A DNA stretch of 64,000 nt. It comes from Podarcis vaucheri (lineage: Eukaryota). Numbering within the stretch: the first letter of the stretch is position 1; every line of letters begins with the position of its first letter. This document shows positions 1 through 12,349 of this stretch, piece by piece. The stretch lies in the NCBI GenBank assembly GCA_965113315.1, contig OZ220364.1; one strand, 5' to 3'. The position numbers and the translations under genes were made by a program. The notes under the pieces were generated by a model. That model saw only the letters and a program-made list of their open reading frames with translations. It was not told the origin of the DNA and did no database searches.

Positions 1-82
1 ATTGCAAACTAGTTTTAGGACACAGCATCTTTCCAGTGATTTCATGGCAGAGGAAGGTGGATATCTCCTGATATACAAAGAT

Positions 83-83
<1 letters not shown>

Positions 84-115
<32 letters not shown>
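84..115. repeat. (GT)n microsatellite
   Basis: Direct reading. Confidence 0.95.
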
Positions 116-116
<1 letters not shown>

Positions 117-1259
117 ACATAGAGTTTCTGGTATTTGTTTGCTTGTTTTCTTTAAAGAAAAAACAAAAACAAAACCTATTCATACTCCTGTGCCAGTTAC
201 TTATCTGTGCTACACAAGGCCTTCTGTTGCCTTAATTTGTTCTATCTGCAGTACCAGATCGGACAGAGTTAGTACATAATGTTTATGTTTCGTATTATTT
301 GTGAAAAGAACTGAAGCATCTGAGTAGATGAAGCAGTCAAAACAAAATGTTTTATTTTTGTTTCATTGTGAATTATTCCATTGCAAACCAGTTCTTGCAG
401 TTTCAGCCTTGGAAACTTTGCACACTGTTCCCTGCTTAAAGTGACACATCTTCCCTTGAGTAAGCCTTGGTATTAATTTAGATGGTTATGAATCCTTGAT
501 AATTTTGAGGTAAGGACATCTTTATGTACCCTTCTGGCCTCCGTTTCAGGCAGATGGGTGCATCGCTTCTTGAAATAACTTTCATCACTAGAAAATACTA
601 TTCTATTAGTGGAATATGGTTAACTAACCATTTTACAATATGGTTAAAGAGATTACAAATGGACCCCTCCAAAAAAATAATTGCTTGTCCTTTAACTTGG
701 ACTACCTGTGAAGACAGGAACATTAACATTTTAGGGTAGTCTTGTTAATTTCCTTGCAGTGTTTTAGAACTGCATTAGATCAGTTTAAAAATCAAAATCA
801 AAAGGGTTAAATAAATAATCTTCACTTGGGGTGAAAAAGATTCTGAGACTAATACTATTACTGTAGTAAAAAATTAACAAAAACACTTTGACTTCTTGGT
901 TTCACAAGGGTTGAAATGATGCCACTGAAACCAGACTCTGCTGCCTGGACTTTTGAGATGGGTGTTATGCTTTTTTAATAAGTGTAACTCTGTAGTGTTC
1001 AGTGTCTCCTTAATTTCTAGGAGAATGAGCCCTTTACACTTTTGTTGGCTTTTTAATGGAAACCCACATTGCCTACTGAATTTTACAATGTTTAAGACCA
1101 GATTTTTAAAAGCACCAACTATTGCCTTTGTTTTGTTTTATGGGGAGCATAGGGTGGCGGTAAATGGGTGTGTGCTGAAGGGAAGGGGAAACTGGGTACT
1201 GAAATTGTGGCTTTTTGGCACTAACGCAAATCCCGTCTGTATTTAAATGCTGTCCCCAG

Positions 1260-1333
1260 GTTACGACTATGGCTATATCTGCGTGGAGTTTTCCCTCTTG
1301 GAAGAGGCCATCGCCTGCATGGAAGCCAACCAG
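1260..1333 (+). CDS. RBM6: RBM6 exon 6 (74 nt, RRM1 RNP1 region)
   Basis: ccccag|GT TAC GAC... = (G)[24 protein letters not shown]|gttgct; branch point CACTAAC at 1219-1225. Confidence 0.93.
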
Positions 1334-4300
1334 GTTGCTTTACACTTCGGTCGAAAATGCTGCTAGAAGAATATTTTTGTGGGGAGGGTTGACACCTAGT
1401 GATTTTTTAAAAAATAAAGATTCAGAGAAAGTCTTCCCCCCAAAAAAACTGTACAGCGTAACAGCCAATATGCTGATGTATTGCAGAAATCTGGAGAGGC
1501 TTAATGTTCCACAGAAAGAACTTAAGTTCATTTTTTCCCTAAATAGTCTGCCTCTCAAGTTGTGCATGCTTTGCAGGCTTGATAGTTTCTAAGTGTGGTA
1601 GTTAAGGAAAGGTTTCCAGTTCTGGTGGTTGTTCTTATGAGCTTGTATATGTGGTAGATTTCAAGTGACAGTAGCTAAACTGCTAATGTCAGATGTTTCA
1701 CTTTCTTGATTGTACAGTAAAATGAAAATCTGTACTTCCTCTAAGCAAAATAGTTATGTTTGAATATGCTCTTGGGAGTGCAGACTCACACACACCCCTC
1801 TACGTGTATTCATGGGCTAGACCACTAATATGCAGCTCTGAGTGAAAAATCCAATTTGCATGCCTCATTTGTCTATGTGTTTTCATCTGGTTGGAGGGGC
1901 GGGCTTTGTCTGTTTCCTTGAGTACTCATATTTATATTTTTATGCAAGTTGGAGCTGCATAAGAGAAGTCTGGCCTGTTCCAGCTGCACCTGGTTAATCT
2001 GAATGTCTTAACATTTTCTTAGAAATAGAAAGTCACTAGCATAGCTCCAAATTATATCTTTGGCTAGGTGTTTATATATATATATAGAGAGAGAGAGAGA
2101 GCGCTATAAATAAAAAGTAGTCAATTATAACAGAAAATTGATCTTACAATAATACCCATGGCTTGAAAATTTTAGAAAATAAGCCCTATGTTTCCCCCCA
2201 CTTTTAAGAAATTGATCAAATTCTCAACTATTTTTACATAGTAAATTCTTATTTCTTGTTACTCAGTTCTTCATATCCAGCTTGAGAAATGTCTTCCAGT
2301 TTCTGGCTGCTACGATTCTAGAAGTGATTTTCTCACAAAAATAATGTAAGCTGGAAACACTGTGTCTGGGTAATCTCAGTGAACAGATTGATGCTAAATG
2401 TGATGATTTATACCCAGTAATTTGAGAAATGAAATTTAGGAATCCTCGCCACGAATCTGTTCTCATAACATGATTATCAGATATAATGACCAGAGTGCTT
2501 CCCTGTTCCAACAGCTGTCAGGTACCTGTTTATACATATTAAAGTAAAACAGCCATTTGAATGTTGTAGTTATTTTCTGACAGCATCCTATTTTTGTAGA
2601 ATCTATGGATTGTCCTTCTAGATATTGGCATTGCCCATCCTTTTTTTGTTTACTGTCCCCCCGTAGCTCAAAAACTCAGGGCAGCACTATATATAAGCCT
2701 GATTATAACTCAGAATATGAATTTGCTTTCCTTCTTCAAAATTGGCTTAACCAATAAGGAAGATGATACTTCATTATTATTAACCATTTATCAGTCACTT
2801 TGTACATTAAAAAGTCTCAAAGTGACTTGGCAATGTAAAACATAACATACATAAGCTCTGTAGTTCTTGGTAGGGGGGTTGTTTCTTAACTCTTTCAGAT
2901 GTTCCATAAATTCTCAATCACGACTGAATTTGAAATATTACTTTGGAATAAGAATTCCTTATACCTTTAGCAGCATTTCATAGCTGCTGTTCCAGTAGTC
3001 TGTCTGCAGCTTTATTCTGAACTGTAGCTAGGACTTTTTCTCTTCTTCTTATTTGCATTTATACCATTATATAGTTCATCCTATTCTGGACAGATAACAA
3101 AAGATAACTACCCCAAAAGAGGAAGTGATGGCAACAAATTTGGATGACATTAGAAGAAGATTAGACAAATTCAAGGAGGATAAGGCTATCAATAGTTACT
3201 AGATACAATGGCTGTGTTAACCCAACTACCTGAGGCGATATACCTCTGAATGCCAGTTAGTGAAAGTGATAAGTGGGGAAAGTGCTGTTTGGCTCAGGTT
3301 CAACTTGCAGGCTTCCCACAGAGATCTGATTAGCTGTTTTGGTAGCATAGTTTAGATTTGTGTTAAAGATGATTGGCATTTACCACAGTGCTGCCCACCA
3401 ACAAGGTTTTATTTTCAAAACCCACATGTCTCTTTCACCAGTGGCCTGGAAACAGTTTCCCTGTTTATTCTTCATCTCACTTAAGCTGCAGCAACCTCAG
3501 ATGTTGTTTCCAGTAGCCGTGCAGCCACAAACAAGCTTCCCACCATTAAAGCTTCTTATTCCGCAGAGAGTCCCAAATTAATCTGAGCAGTGGCTCTTGT
3601 GTACATATGGCTCAAAAAATCACTGGCACAAGGTTAACCGTCAAACATAAGCAGAGGGCATACTGCAGAGCCCCTTCCCTTCCTTTGGATCAACTTTTGA
3701 TTTATAATTTTTGGATGCTTTCTGACTCAGGATTGACCAGGTTCAGCTTCTGCCTGTTCATTAACTGTAGAGTTCGTGTGTGTGGGTGTGTGCTCTATAT
3801 CAGGGCAGAATTTCTCTTTGACGTATTGTACATGAAGACCCCTCACCCTCAAAAAGCTACTTTACTTTTTGTAGGAAGTATGCCCAATGTAGGAAGTATG
3901 CCCAATGTACTGTCTTCTGCCAGTTTGGACTGCTGTAGCAAAACCAGTTAAAATATGTGGGTTTTTTTAATGTACCAGGAGAGTTTTAGAACCTCTCCTA
4001 TTAAGATACAGAGAAAAGCCCAGAAATTTATTCAGTGTCTGGCCATATCGGTGAAGGCACCAAGGCGACAGGAGCAGGGGGCTACTAAGCAGGATCTGTT
4101 GATGATGATGAAATCCACAGGGTTACTGTTGTCCTTGTCACCAGAGGGATTTATTTGGCATTCCAGGCACTCTTGTTGCTGCAAGTGCATTGCCATTTAA
4201 TTCAGGGTAGAGAAATGAGTAAAGCAAACGATAATTGAATGTGTCTCCTGTTCTCACTGATAGAACACCCACTGTGTGATATTTGTAAAATTGTAATACC

Positions 4301-7300
4301 ATGACTTTCATGGTGGTCTGTTGTCAGTTGTCTTGTCATTTGGTTTTGACATCACTTTCTCTGTTAGTATGTTGCTGCTGTCCATTTGGGGTGAGATGCC
4401 TTTTTAGGTAGGGAAGAGGTGGATAAAGTAATGTGTCTTATCGAGTTTGCATCGCCTGCATACACGAAGCTGAATTGTTATCTCACTACCAAAATGACTT
4501 CAGAGTTAATGAACTGGCTCCTTCCTTCTTCAGACAACAGCCTTGAAAAGGAAAGAATTTAGCATTTCTTCTTAATAGAAAATTACTATGCCATTTTTTT
4601 AAATTGAAGAATTCAATTATTTCAAAAGGTTATTTCGTTTTGAGGACATGTTTAGCTCCCTGTGTGGGACAGAGGGAGCAACCTGTATTAATTTTCAAAA
4701 TCTCAGCTATCCAGAGTATTCATGCGCTTTTTTTCTTTATAGTCACCAGGAGCCGAGGAAGATTAAAATGCTGCCAGTTCTGCCTTGTCTTGGTTCCTAT
4801 TCTAAAATAGCCAATGTCTGCCATTTATTTTAAGCATAGATTACCTGTGATTGAAAACTGAAGAATATTTGTATTAGATGATGGCATTAGTATAGTTGTC
4901 GTGATACTGTTGCCAGTCAGTGAAACAACTGAGCTGACACAAGGTTGTGTTACAAGGTTTATTTGCTATGCCTGAGTTGGGTGATCCATTTCAAGTTAGT
5001 TATAGCCCTTGTAATACAAAGGATATAAATTCCATAAACCAAATTGATAAGCGTTTTCAATTTCTCACAGTAGTTAAGTAGCTGTAAGCACAGGCAGATC
5101 TTTCTCTTACCATTTTCTGGATCATTGATAAATCATTAGAATGAGCTGGATAAGGAACTGTAGAAGAACCACAAAATATGTTCTCTTACCTTTCCTGTGA
5201 GGCCTGATTCATGTTAAGTTTGAAGCCCTTTGCCAAGAGTGGTTCTTAACTGTGGTCCATGAACCACTGATGGTGTGCAGGCAATTTAAGTCAATTTAGA
5301 GCATTGACTTAAGGATGAAACATTGAGGCCAGCAGCTCATCTATGATATGTTTGACCAGTTGTGACATAAAAGGAAGAGAACTTTATTGGGAAGAAAGGT
5401 TGGTGAAGTGTGTGGCTGCAATTCTTGCAGTTCTTCTTTTACTTGTTATGTGCAGTCTGTGGCACATTCACTTGTTAGCTGCAGTATCCAGCAGCGGTTT
5501 TGCACTAGCAGAAAGCACATGATTGTGCATAGAGGGGTACATTATCTTTTTGGGATTGATCCTGCCAGCTCCACTCCATGCCTTCTATGCTGCTCCTAAA
5601 GGTTGGGGAACTCTCTTGAAAACGTGGGATATGGCATGGAAGGCTGTCGTGGGGAGGAGGAAATACTAAAAACTGGGTGGCCCAACTTGCATGAGCAGAA
5701 GCGCTTTCCACTAGTACAAGGCATCATAAGTTACAGCCCAATATCTTTTTTCCAGTAAAGAGCTTCATTTGTGTGCATCTGAGGTCTCAGACTGAGCATT
5801 TATTTGGGTATCCTTGTAATATCTATGGAACTACTGTGGAAAACAGTGTGAGACAACAAGTTGTTCCTGCAGCTAATTTTGTTGGCACCAAGTGGCTAGG
5901 ATTTCTCAATGGGAACTCCATTGTGCAGACAATCCCCAGCCATAGCAGGGCTAAGTGGTTCACCTGATGCCATGGTGATGAGGTATGATTGACAGGTGGG
6001 CAGCCTCATCCACTGGTAAAAGTGGTCTTCAGGATGGGATCTCATAATGCAGCTTGTCCCATCTTACAACATCTCCATTAGCTGCCATGTAAGCACAGCC
6101 CCTGACATCATCTGAAGATGGCCCATTCTTCCACCCCCACCAGTTCCTTTCTTGCTTTTTGTTCCTTCCCCAGTGGCATTTAGGATTGGGAATTTTAATC
6201 TGAGATAGCCATGGTGAAAATTGAAGCAGGGCAGTGGTATTCTGGGCTAGTTAATCCAAAACAGTTTTTTTCTCTGGCTCTGTCAGTTATTTGCTCCTGC
6301 TCGCTCACTACTAGCATGTGCCTTCCCTCTTAAATAGCAGATTTACTCCTGAGGGAGTGCACCATCAACAAGGAAAAAATAGGCCCTTGAGGGCTTTAGT
6401 TAATACAGTGGTACCTCAGGTTAAGAACTTAATTCGCTCTGGAGGTCTGTTCTTAACCTGAAGCTGTTCTTAACCTGAGGTACCACTCTAGCTAATGGGG
6501 TCTGCTGCTGCTGCGCCGCCACACGATTTCTGTTCTCATCCTGAAGCAAAGTTCTTAACCTGAGGTACTATTTCTGGGTTAGCGGAGTCTGTAACCTGAA
6601 GTGTCTGTAACCCGAGGTACCACTGTGCAATCAACCTGAATTGAGCTGAGAAACAAGTTTGTAACGGGGGCGGGACTAAGACCAGGATATTTTAAGTGTC
6701 ATACTCTCCTGCCTGAGTGTTAAAGACACAGTAAAAAGCCCTTGTCTGTATATCCCATTGCTATCAGAGGTATGGTAGGTGAGCAGCAGAGATAGGGCCT
6801 TCTTTCTGGTAGTGCCTAGATGGTCGAATGCTGTCCCTGGTGAAAGCTCTGGACTCCTTCCCTACTTTCATGCAGGTCCACAGCTAAGGCCATTTCCCCC
6901 CCACTAACCTTTTAATCTTTGACTATTGTGTCCTATTAATGTGGCTACTTATACTCTTTTATGTTTTGCGGTGGTTTCATTGTTTTAAAGCTACCTTTTG
7001 ACAGTGTTGTATATAAAAAAAGGACATAAAAACAGGACATAAATATAATGGAATTTTAAAAAAATGTCACTAGGGTCAAATACGTGAGAAGTTGGCATAA
7101 TACAAGTTGGACAATGTTAGGAGAATTGCATGAGAAAAATATTTGCCTTTTGCTTTCATCTATGTGTAAATACTTCGGCGATCGTATCTTTGCATAATTG
7201 GATTGCGTGTGCTGGCAATATTGTGTTGCATATTTTGCCTCTGTACAAAGGGGGAGTCGTTTGGTTAACCAAGAGATTACAACAGTCCTTTCCATGTAGC

Positions 7301-10300
7301 TTTTACACTTCTGTCTTCTCTAGTCACTCTTGTTAATCTTTCGGCAGTCGTTTTTGTAAAGCAAAATCTTATATCAATATAGGATCCTGCTGAGATTGCA
7401 CTAAAGAGGCTTTCTGTCCTCTTTCTCTGGTTAGGGGAACCTCTTATTGCTGTGGGATTTGGAAGAGGTGTCCACGCTGTACAGTGGTACCTCGCGTTAA
7501 GTACTTAATTTGTTCTGGAGGTCCGTTCTTAACCTGAAACTGTTCTTAACCTGAAGCACCACTTTAGCTAATGGGGCCTCTTGCTGCCGCCGCGCCACCG
7601 GAGCACGATTTCTGTTCTCATCCTGAAGCAAAGTTCTTAACCCGAGGTACTATTTCTGGGTTAGCGGAGTCTGTAACCTGATGCGTATGTAACCTGAAGA
7701 GTATGTAACCTGAGGTACCACTGTAGTAATATGACCACTAAATAGTGACCATATTCATCTGTAATGCTAAAACAAAAACACAAACTAATACAGTAGCCCC
7801 CTCCCGCAACACAGTTAAAAGGACATAGAATGTTAACCAGCCAAAGGCCTGTTTAAAGAGAAATGTTTTTGCCTGGCATCTAAAAATATATAATGAACGT
7901 GCCAGGCGAGCCTCCTTGGGGAGAGCATTCCACAAACTGGAAAGCCACTGCAGAAAAGGTCTGTTCTTGAGTTGCTGCTCTCTGGACCTCTCCACTCTCA
8001 TGGAGGAGGCACATGAAGAAGGGCATCAGAGGATGATCACAGGGTCTGGGTCAGTTTATATGAGGAGAGGCTGTCCTTGAGGTATTGCAGTCCTCAGACA
8101 TTTAAGGCTTTATAAGTCAAAACCAGCACTTTGAATCGGGCCCATAAACTAATTGGCAGCCAATGCAGTTGGGCCAGGATTGGCGCAATATGCTCAAATG
8201 GACTTGCCCTCGTGAGCACCCCGGCCACTGAATTCTGCACCAGCTGGACTTTCTGAACAGTCTTCAGAGGCAGCTCCTTGTATAACACATTGCAGTAATC
8301 TCTTTGAAACACAGCATTTTGGCAAGGGGGAGGAATGAGTTGTGCATTGGGTAGTGGCATGGTCGTGAGTGTGTGCTGTTTGTGTGGTTTGTATGTGTGT
8401 AGCATGTCTCTGTATACATTGACCATGCAAGTCACTGGTATGTGACCCTTAAGAGGGGTGGCCTATGTCAGTGTGGTCACTGGGCTGAAGAAGGTTCACA
8501 AGCCCTGACTGATAGGCATCACCGTGCAACCCGGTTATCTAATGCTGTTCTCTGAACCTGCCACCCTAAGTAGGAGTTGAATCATGGTAAAATACTATCC
8601 CCAACTCTGGAGATGCTCTAGTCCAGGCTTTCTCAACCCTGGATCCCCAGATGTTGTTGGACTACAACTCCAATCATTCCTAGCCAGGAGGACCAGTGGT
8701 CAAGGATGGTGGGAGTTGTAGTCCAACAACATCTGGGGATCCAGGGTTGAGAAAGGCTGCTCTAATCAGATGCCGTGGTCAATGCTATCAAAAGCCACTG
8801 AGAGATCAAGCAAGAACAACAGGGTTGTGCTTCCCCTATATCTCTCCCATAGAAGGTAATCCAAGGCCAATTCTGTCCCCAAACCAGTCCTGGATTAAAA
8901 TGGGTCCTCCAGGAGGGTCTTTAGTAGGGCCACCAATATCCCCCCAAAATCTAAAGTTGTACAGTGCTTTACCACCAGAAGTGGTATTTGTGACTAAGGG
9001 ACATTTCTCAACTTTCTCAGAGTCCAAGTAAGGGTTTGTAGGAACAGTCACACTACTGCCCCCTTCAAGGCATTAGGCACCACCCCCTGGCTCAAAGAAA
9101 CATGAACAATTTTCTTCCCACATAATATACGTGGCATTAAAGTGCATGCTTCTAAGCCTTATTTGTACTACAGCATGACTGGACATGCTGTTTGCCCTTG
9201 GCACACACTAAGTCGAGTAGTAAGAAGCTAATCTCTTGGAGAGATGCTCTGAAGGATTCTTGTACCTCCTCTTTGGGGTACTGGAGTAATGATCAGGTTT
9301 TCTCCAGGGTAACAGCTGCGCGGGTCAGCCTACTATGCTGCAACTTACAAAAAACATTTCTGGTTGAAATCATCCTTTCATACCTTATATAAAAGAATGA
9401 AGCCCTGCTTCTGATGATACAGGGATGTATTTTAGTTATTGCCAGAATGAGAGAGTATGAAAACCCTTTCCTGTCTTGACAGAACGTCAACTAAGACCAT
9501 ACTAAGACACAGAATGGCAGTGTCCAAGGGAAGTCCCACCATATTGGTAGTTTTGTGAATTTTATGTCCCCCTCCCTTTAATTTCATTATTCAATAAGTG
9601 CAAAAACCAAGCAATATGCAAATCACCAGCAGTGAGTGTCAGGGTGCAGACTGGTCATTGTTCACTATCTTATATGGGTATATTAGCTTCACTTGACAAT
9701 GCTAGCATATACAGACTAAGTGTTTGTGTACTGTGAAATATTGGCATAGCTTCTCATAAAACTTTCTTCACTTCAGAAATAAGTCAGTGGGCCATGTCTT
9801 ATAAAGAAGGGTGTTAGGCCTCCCCTGGCCCATTCATCTGAGTGCTGTCTTTGATAACTTTCCCTGCCTTAAAGTAGGGTGTCACAACTATGCATAGAAC
9901 TTTCATAATGCAAGCCTATTAATAAAGAACACAGTTGTAAGAACTGAATGTACAGTTGCTTCCCTCAGGCCAAAACAATGCATTGCAGTAAAGCAGAAAA
10001 ATAGCCCTGTGCACAGTCCCTTGTGTGCAGATTGATAGTATATAAGCAGTGTGCAGGGGACTCTTCTTGTTCTCCTAAAAGAACTAGTAGCTCTTGAAGG
10101 CTTGGAGGTGATGATAATAGATCTACTGTTGAGGCGGAGGTTGTAGCCATGAAGATGATTAAGTTCTTATACAGTGGAATCACGGGTTGCGAACATGATC
10201 CATGCGGGATGCACATTCGCAACCTGCAGCGTTCGCAACCTGCGTCTGTGCATGTGCGGTTTGCGATTTGGTGCTTCTGCGCATGCGCAAAGCGTGACCG

Positions 10301-12303
10301 CCGAAACCTGGGAGTAACCTGTTCCGGTACTTCCTGTGTTTCGGTGGTCCGCAACCAGAAAAAAACACAACCTGAAGCGTCTGTAACCCGAGGTATGACT
10401 GTATATGTTTAAGACTATTCTGTTGTATTTCACATATAGGTTGGAACATTCTTAAACAAAATCATCTCATTTTGTAGCTTATTCATTGACGCCTTAAACT
10501 CTATGCATCTTGTGCCATAGGAAAAAATGTGCTTCTTAGAAAATCTTAGTGAAAGCAAGGACTTCAAGTGTGGAGACATTTCAGTTTTTTATAGATCACT
10601 TTTATTTTGTGTTCGGCATTCATGGTGAAGAGTCCCTTGATATCCTTTTTATGACATGCTGTAACTTCTTGGAAGAACCTTGGCAGATTTCCCATAGCAT
10701 TGTTTCCTTTCACAATTTAGAAGACACAGCACAGGATGTCTTTCTGTCAAGTCAAGTTGCTTTCTTGAGACATTTCATCCAGGCTGTTCCTTTTCTGTGC
10801 TTTCTGTGCTGGCAGAGAAATGAATATTTGAGTAGCTGCAATAGTTCATATACAGCTATCCTGTTGTGACTGTCTTTCCATGGTTGGACTGAAAATTAGT
10901 GTGCATTCTGATTGCCTGATTGAGCTTTTCACAAGAATCTTTCTGGTGATGAAATGCGTGGTGTAAACAAGCCTAGTGAAACAACTGAAGAAAAACTTTG
11001 CTCCTGCTGCAGCTCGTTTTTACTGTGTATTGGTTGTAGTCAAGTGATTGTTTGGGCTGTTAGGAGTCCAGTGGATCCTTGTTTTTTTTTCTTTAATTTA
11101 CTGGCATGGTTAAAGGAATTAAAATCATACATGGCTCCAAGTAGCAGTGAGCTACATGGTAGCAATCCATGACAGAAAGTGTGCATCTACAGAAACTACT
11201 CACTGGCTGCAATCATGCAGCATATTACAGAAAAGAGCTTGCAGGGTCATATCCAGATTACCCATGGGATTCCGGACAATATCAACTTTCCTGTAGCAAG
11301 AAGCGAGCGAGTCCTCTTTGCTGTAGAGGTAAGTTTGAATTACCCTCACTGACTGAGTAAATCCGATATAGGAATTATGCAAGGGTAATAGCAGGAATCT
11401 AAAGGGCCATGTGTAACCTCCTGGGCAGGGCTTTCTAGCCTTCTGCCTTTAGCATTTAGGATTTTGGATAGCTCAGTTGGTTAAAGCATGGTGCTGATAG
11501 CGCCAAGGTTGCAGGTTTGATTCCTGTGTGGGGCAGCTGCATACAGTATTCCTGCATTGCAGGGAGTTGGAATAGATGATCCTCATGGACCTTTCCAACT
11601 CTACAGTTCTGTGATTCCATTACCTTTGTGTCCCTCAAAAGCTACCCTGAATGTCAGAATACCTTCTCAAGCAGATTTCCATGAAGTGTAAAAGCCAACC
11701 ATTCTGCTGACGTTGTTGGATGCTAGCCAAAATATTTAGGTGCTATAACTCACATGTGGGCAACTTGCCGATTGCAAGTTGGAACCTTTCAGAGTGCCCT
11801 ATGTTGGTGCCCGAGTTACTCCCACTGCAAAATTCCTAATGCAAATAATGCTGTCCTCTCCCAGCTCAACAAATAGGAATGTGGTTTTTTTTTGGTGAGG
11901 AGAACTGGGTGGGAACTGTCCTTTCATGTAAATTGTGCTCTCCTCAGCCCATCATACACTACTGACGGTAGTGTGGGTGTAAATGGATGTGTGTAACTGT
12001 GATGGGGTGGCTGTGTATGTGTGAATAAGCATAATTGTGATGGGGTATGTGTGGCCCTGCCCACTGCCTTTTCTCACTCCATCTGCAGGCACACAGCTAC
12101 TGGCCACCTAGTTATCTTTGGAGAGAAATAGCATGCTCCACAGCCTTTGTGCTTGGAGGGATTACTAGTGCTGCTTCTATCCTCCCCTTTTCATTTGGCA
12201 AGTAAACAAAGCGGCTTACAAAAGTTTTTAAATATGCAATAAAATATACACTGTATGCAAAATCTAAAAAACCAAATCATATAGTTTAAAACCAATTAAC
12301 CAG

Positions 12304-12349
<46 letters not shown>

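Noticed and set aside
3871-3906. 18-bp tandem duplication GTAGGAAGTATGCCCAAT x2
   Set aside because: Ordinary slippage duplication deep in an intron; no sign of function
11466-11535. tRNA-Ile gene
   Set aside because: Acceptor stem and T-loop are degenerate and it runs straight into a CR1-type tail, so it is a SINE head
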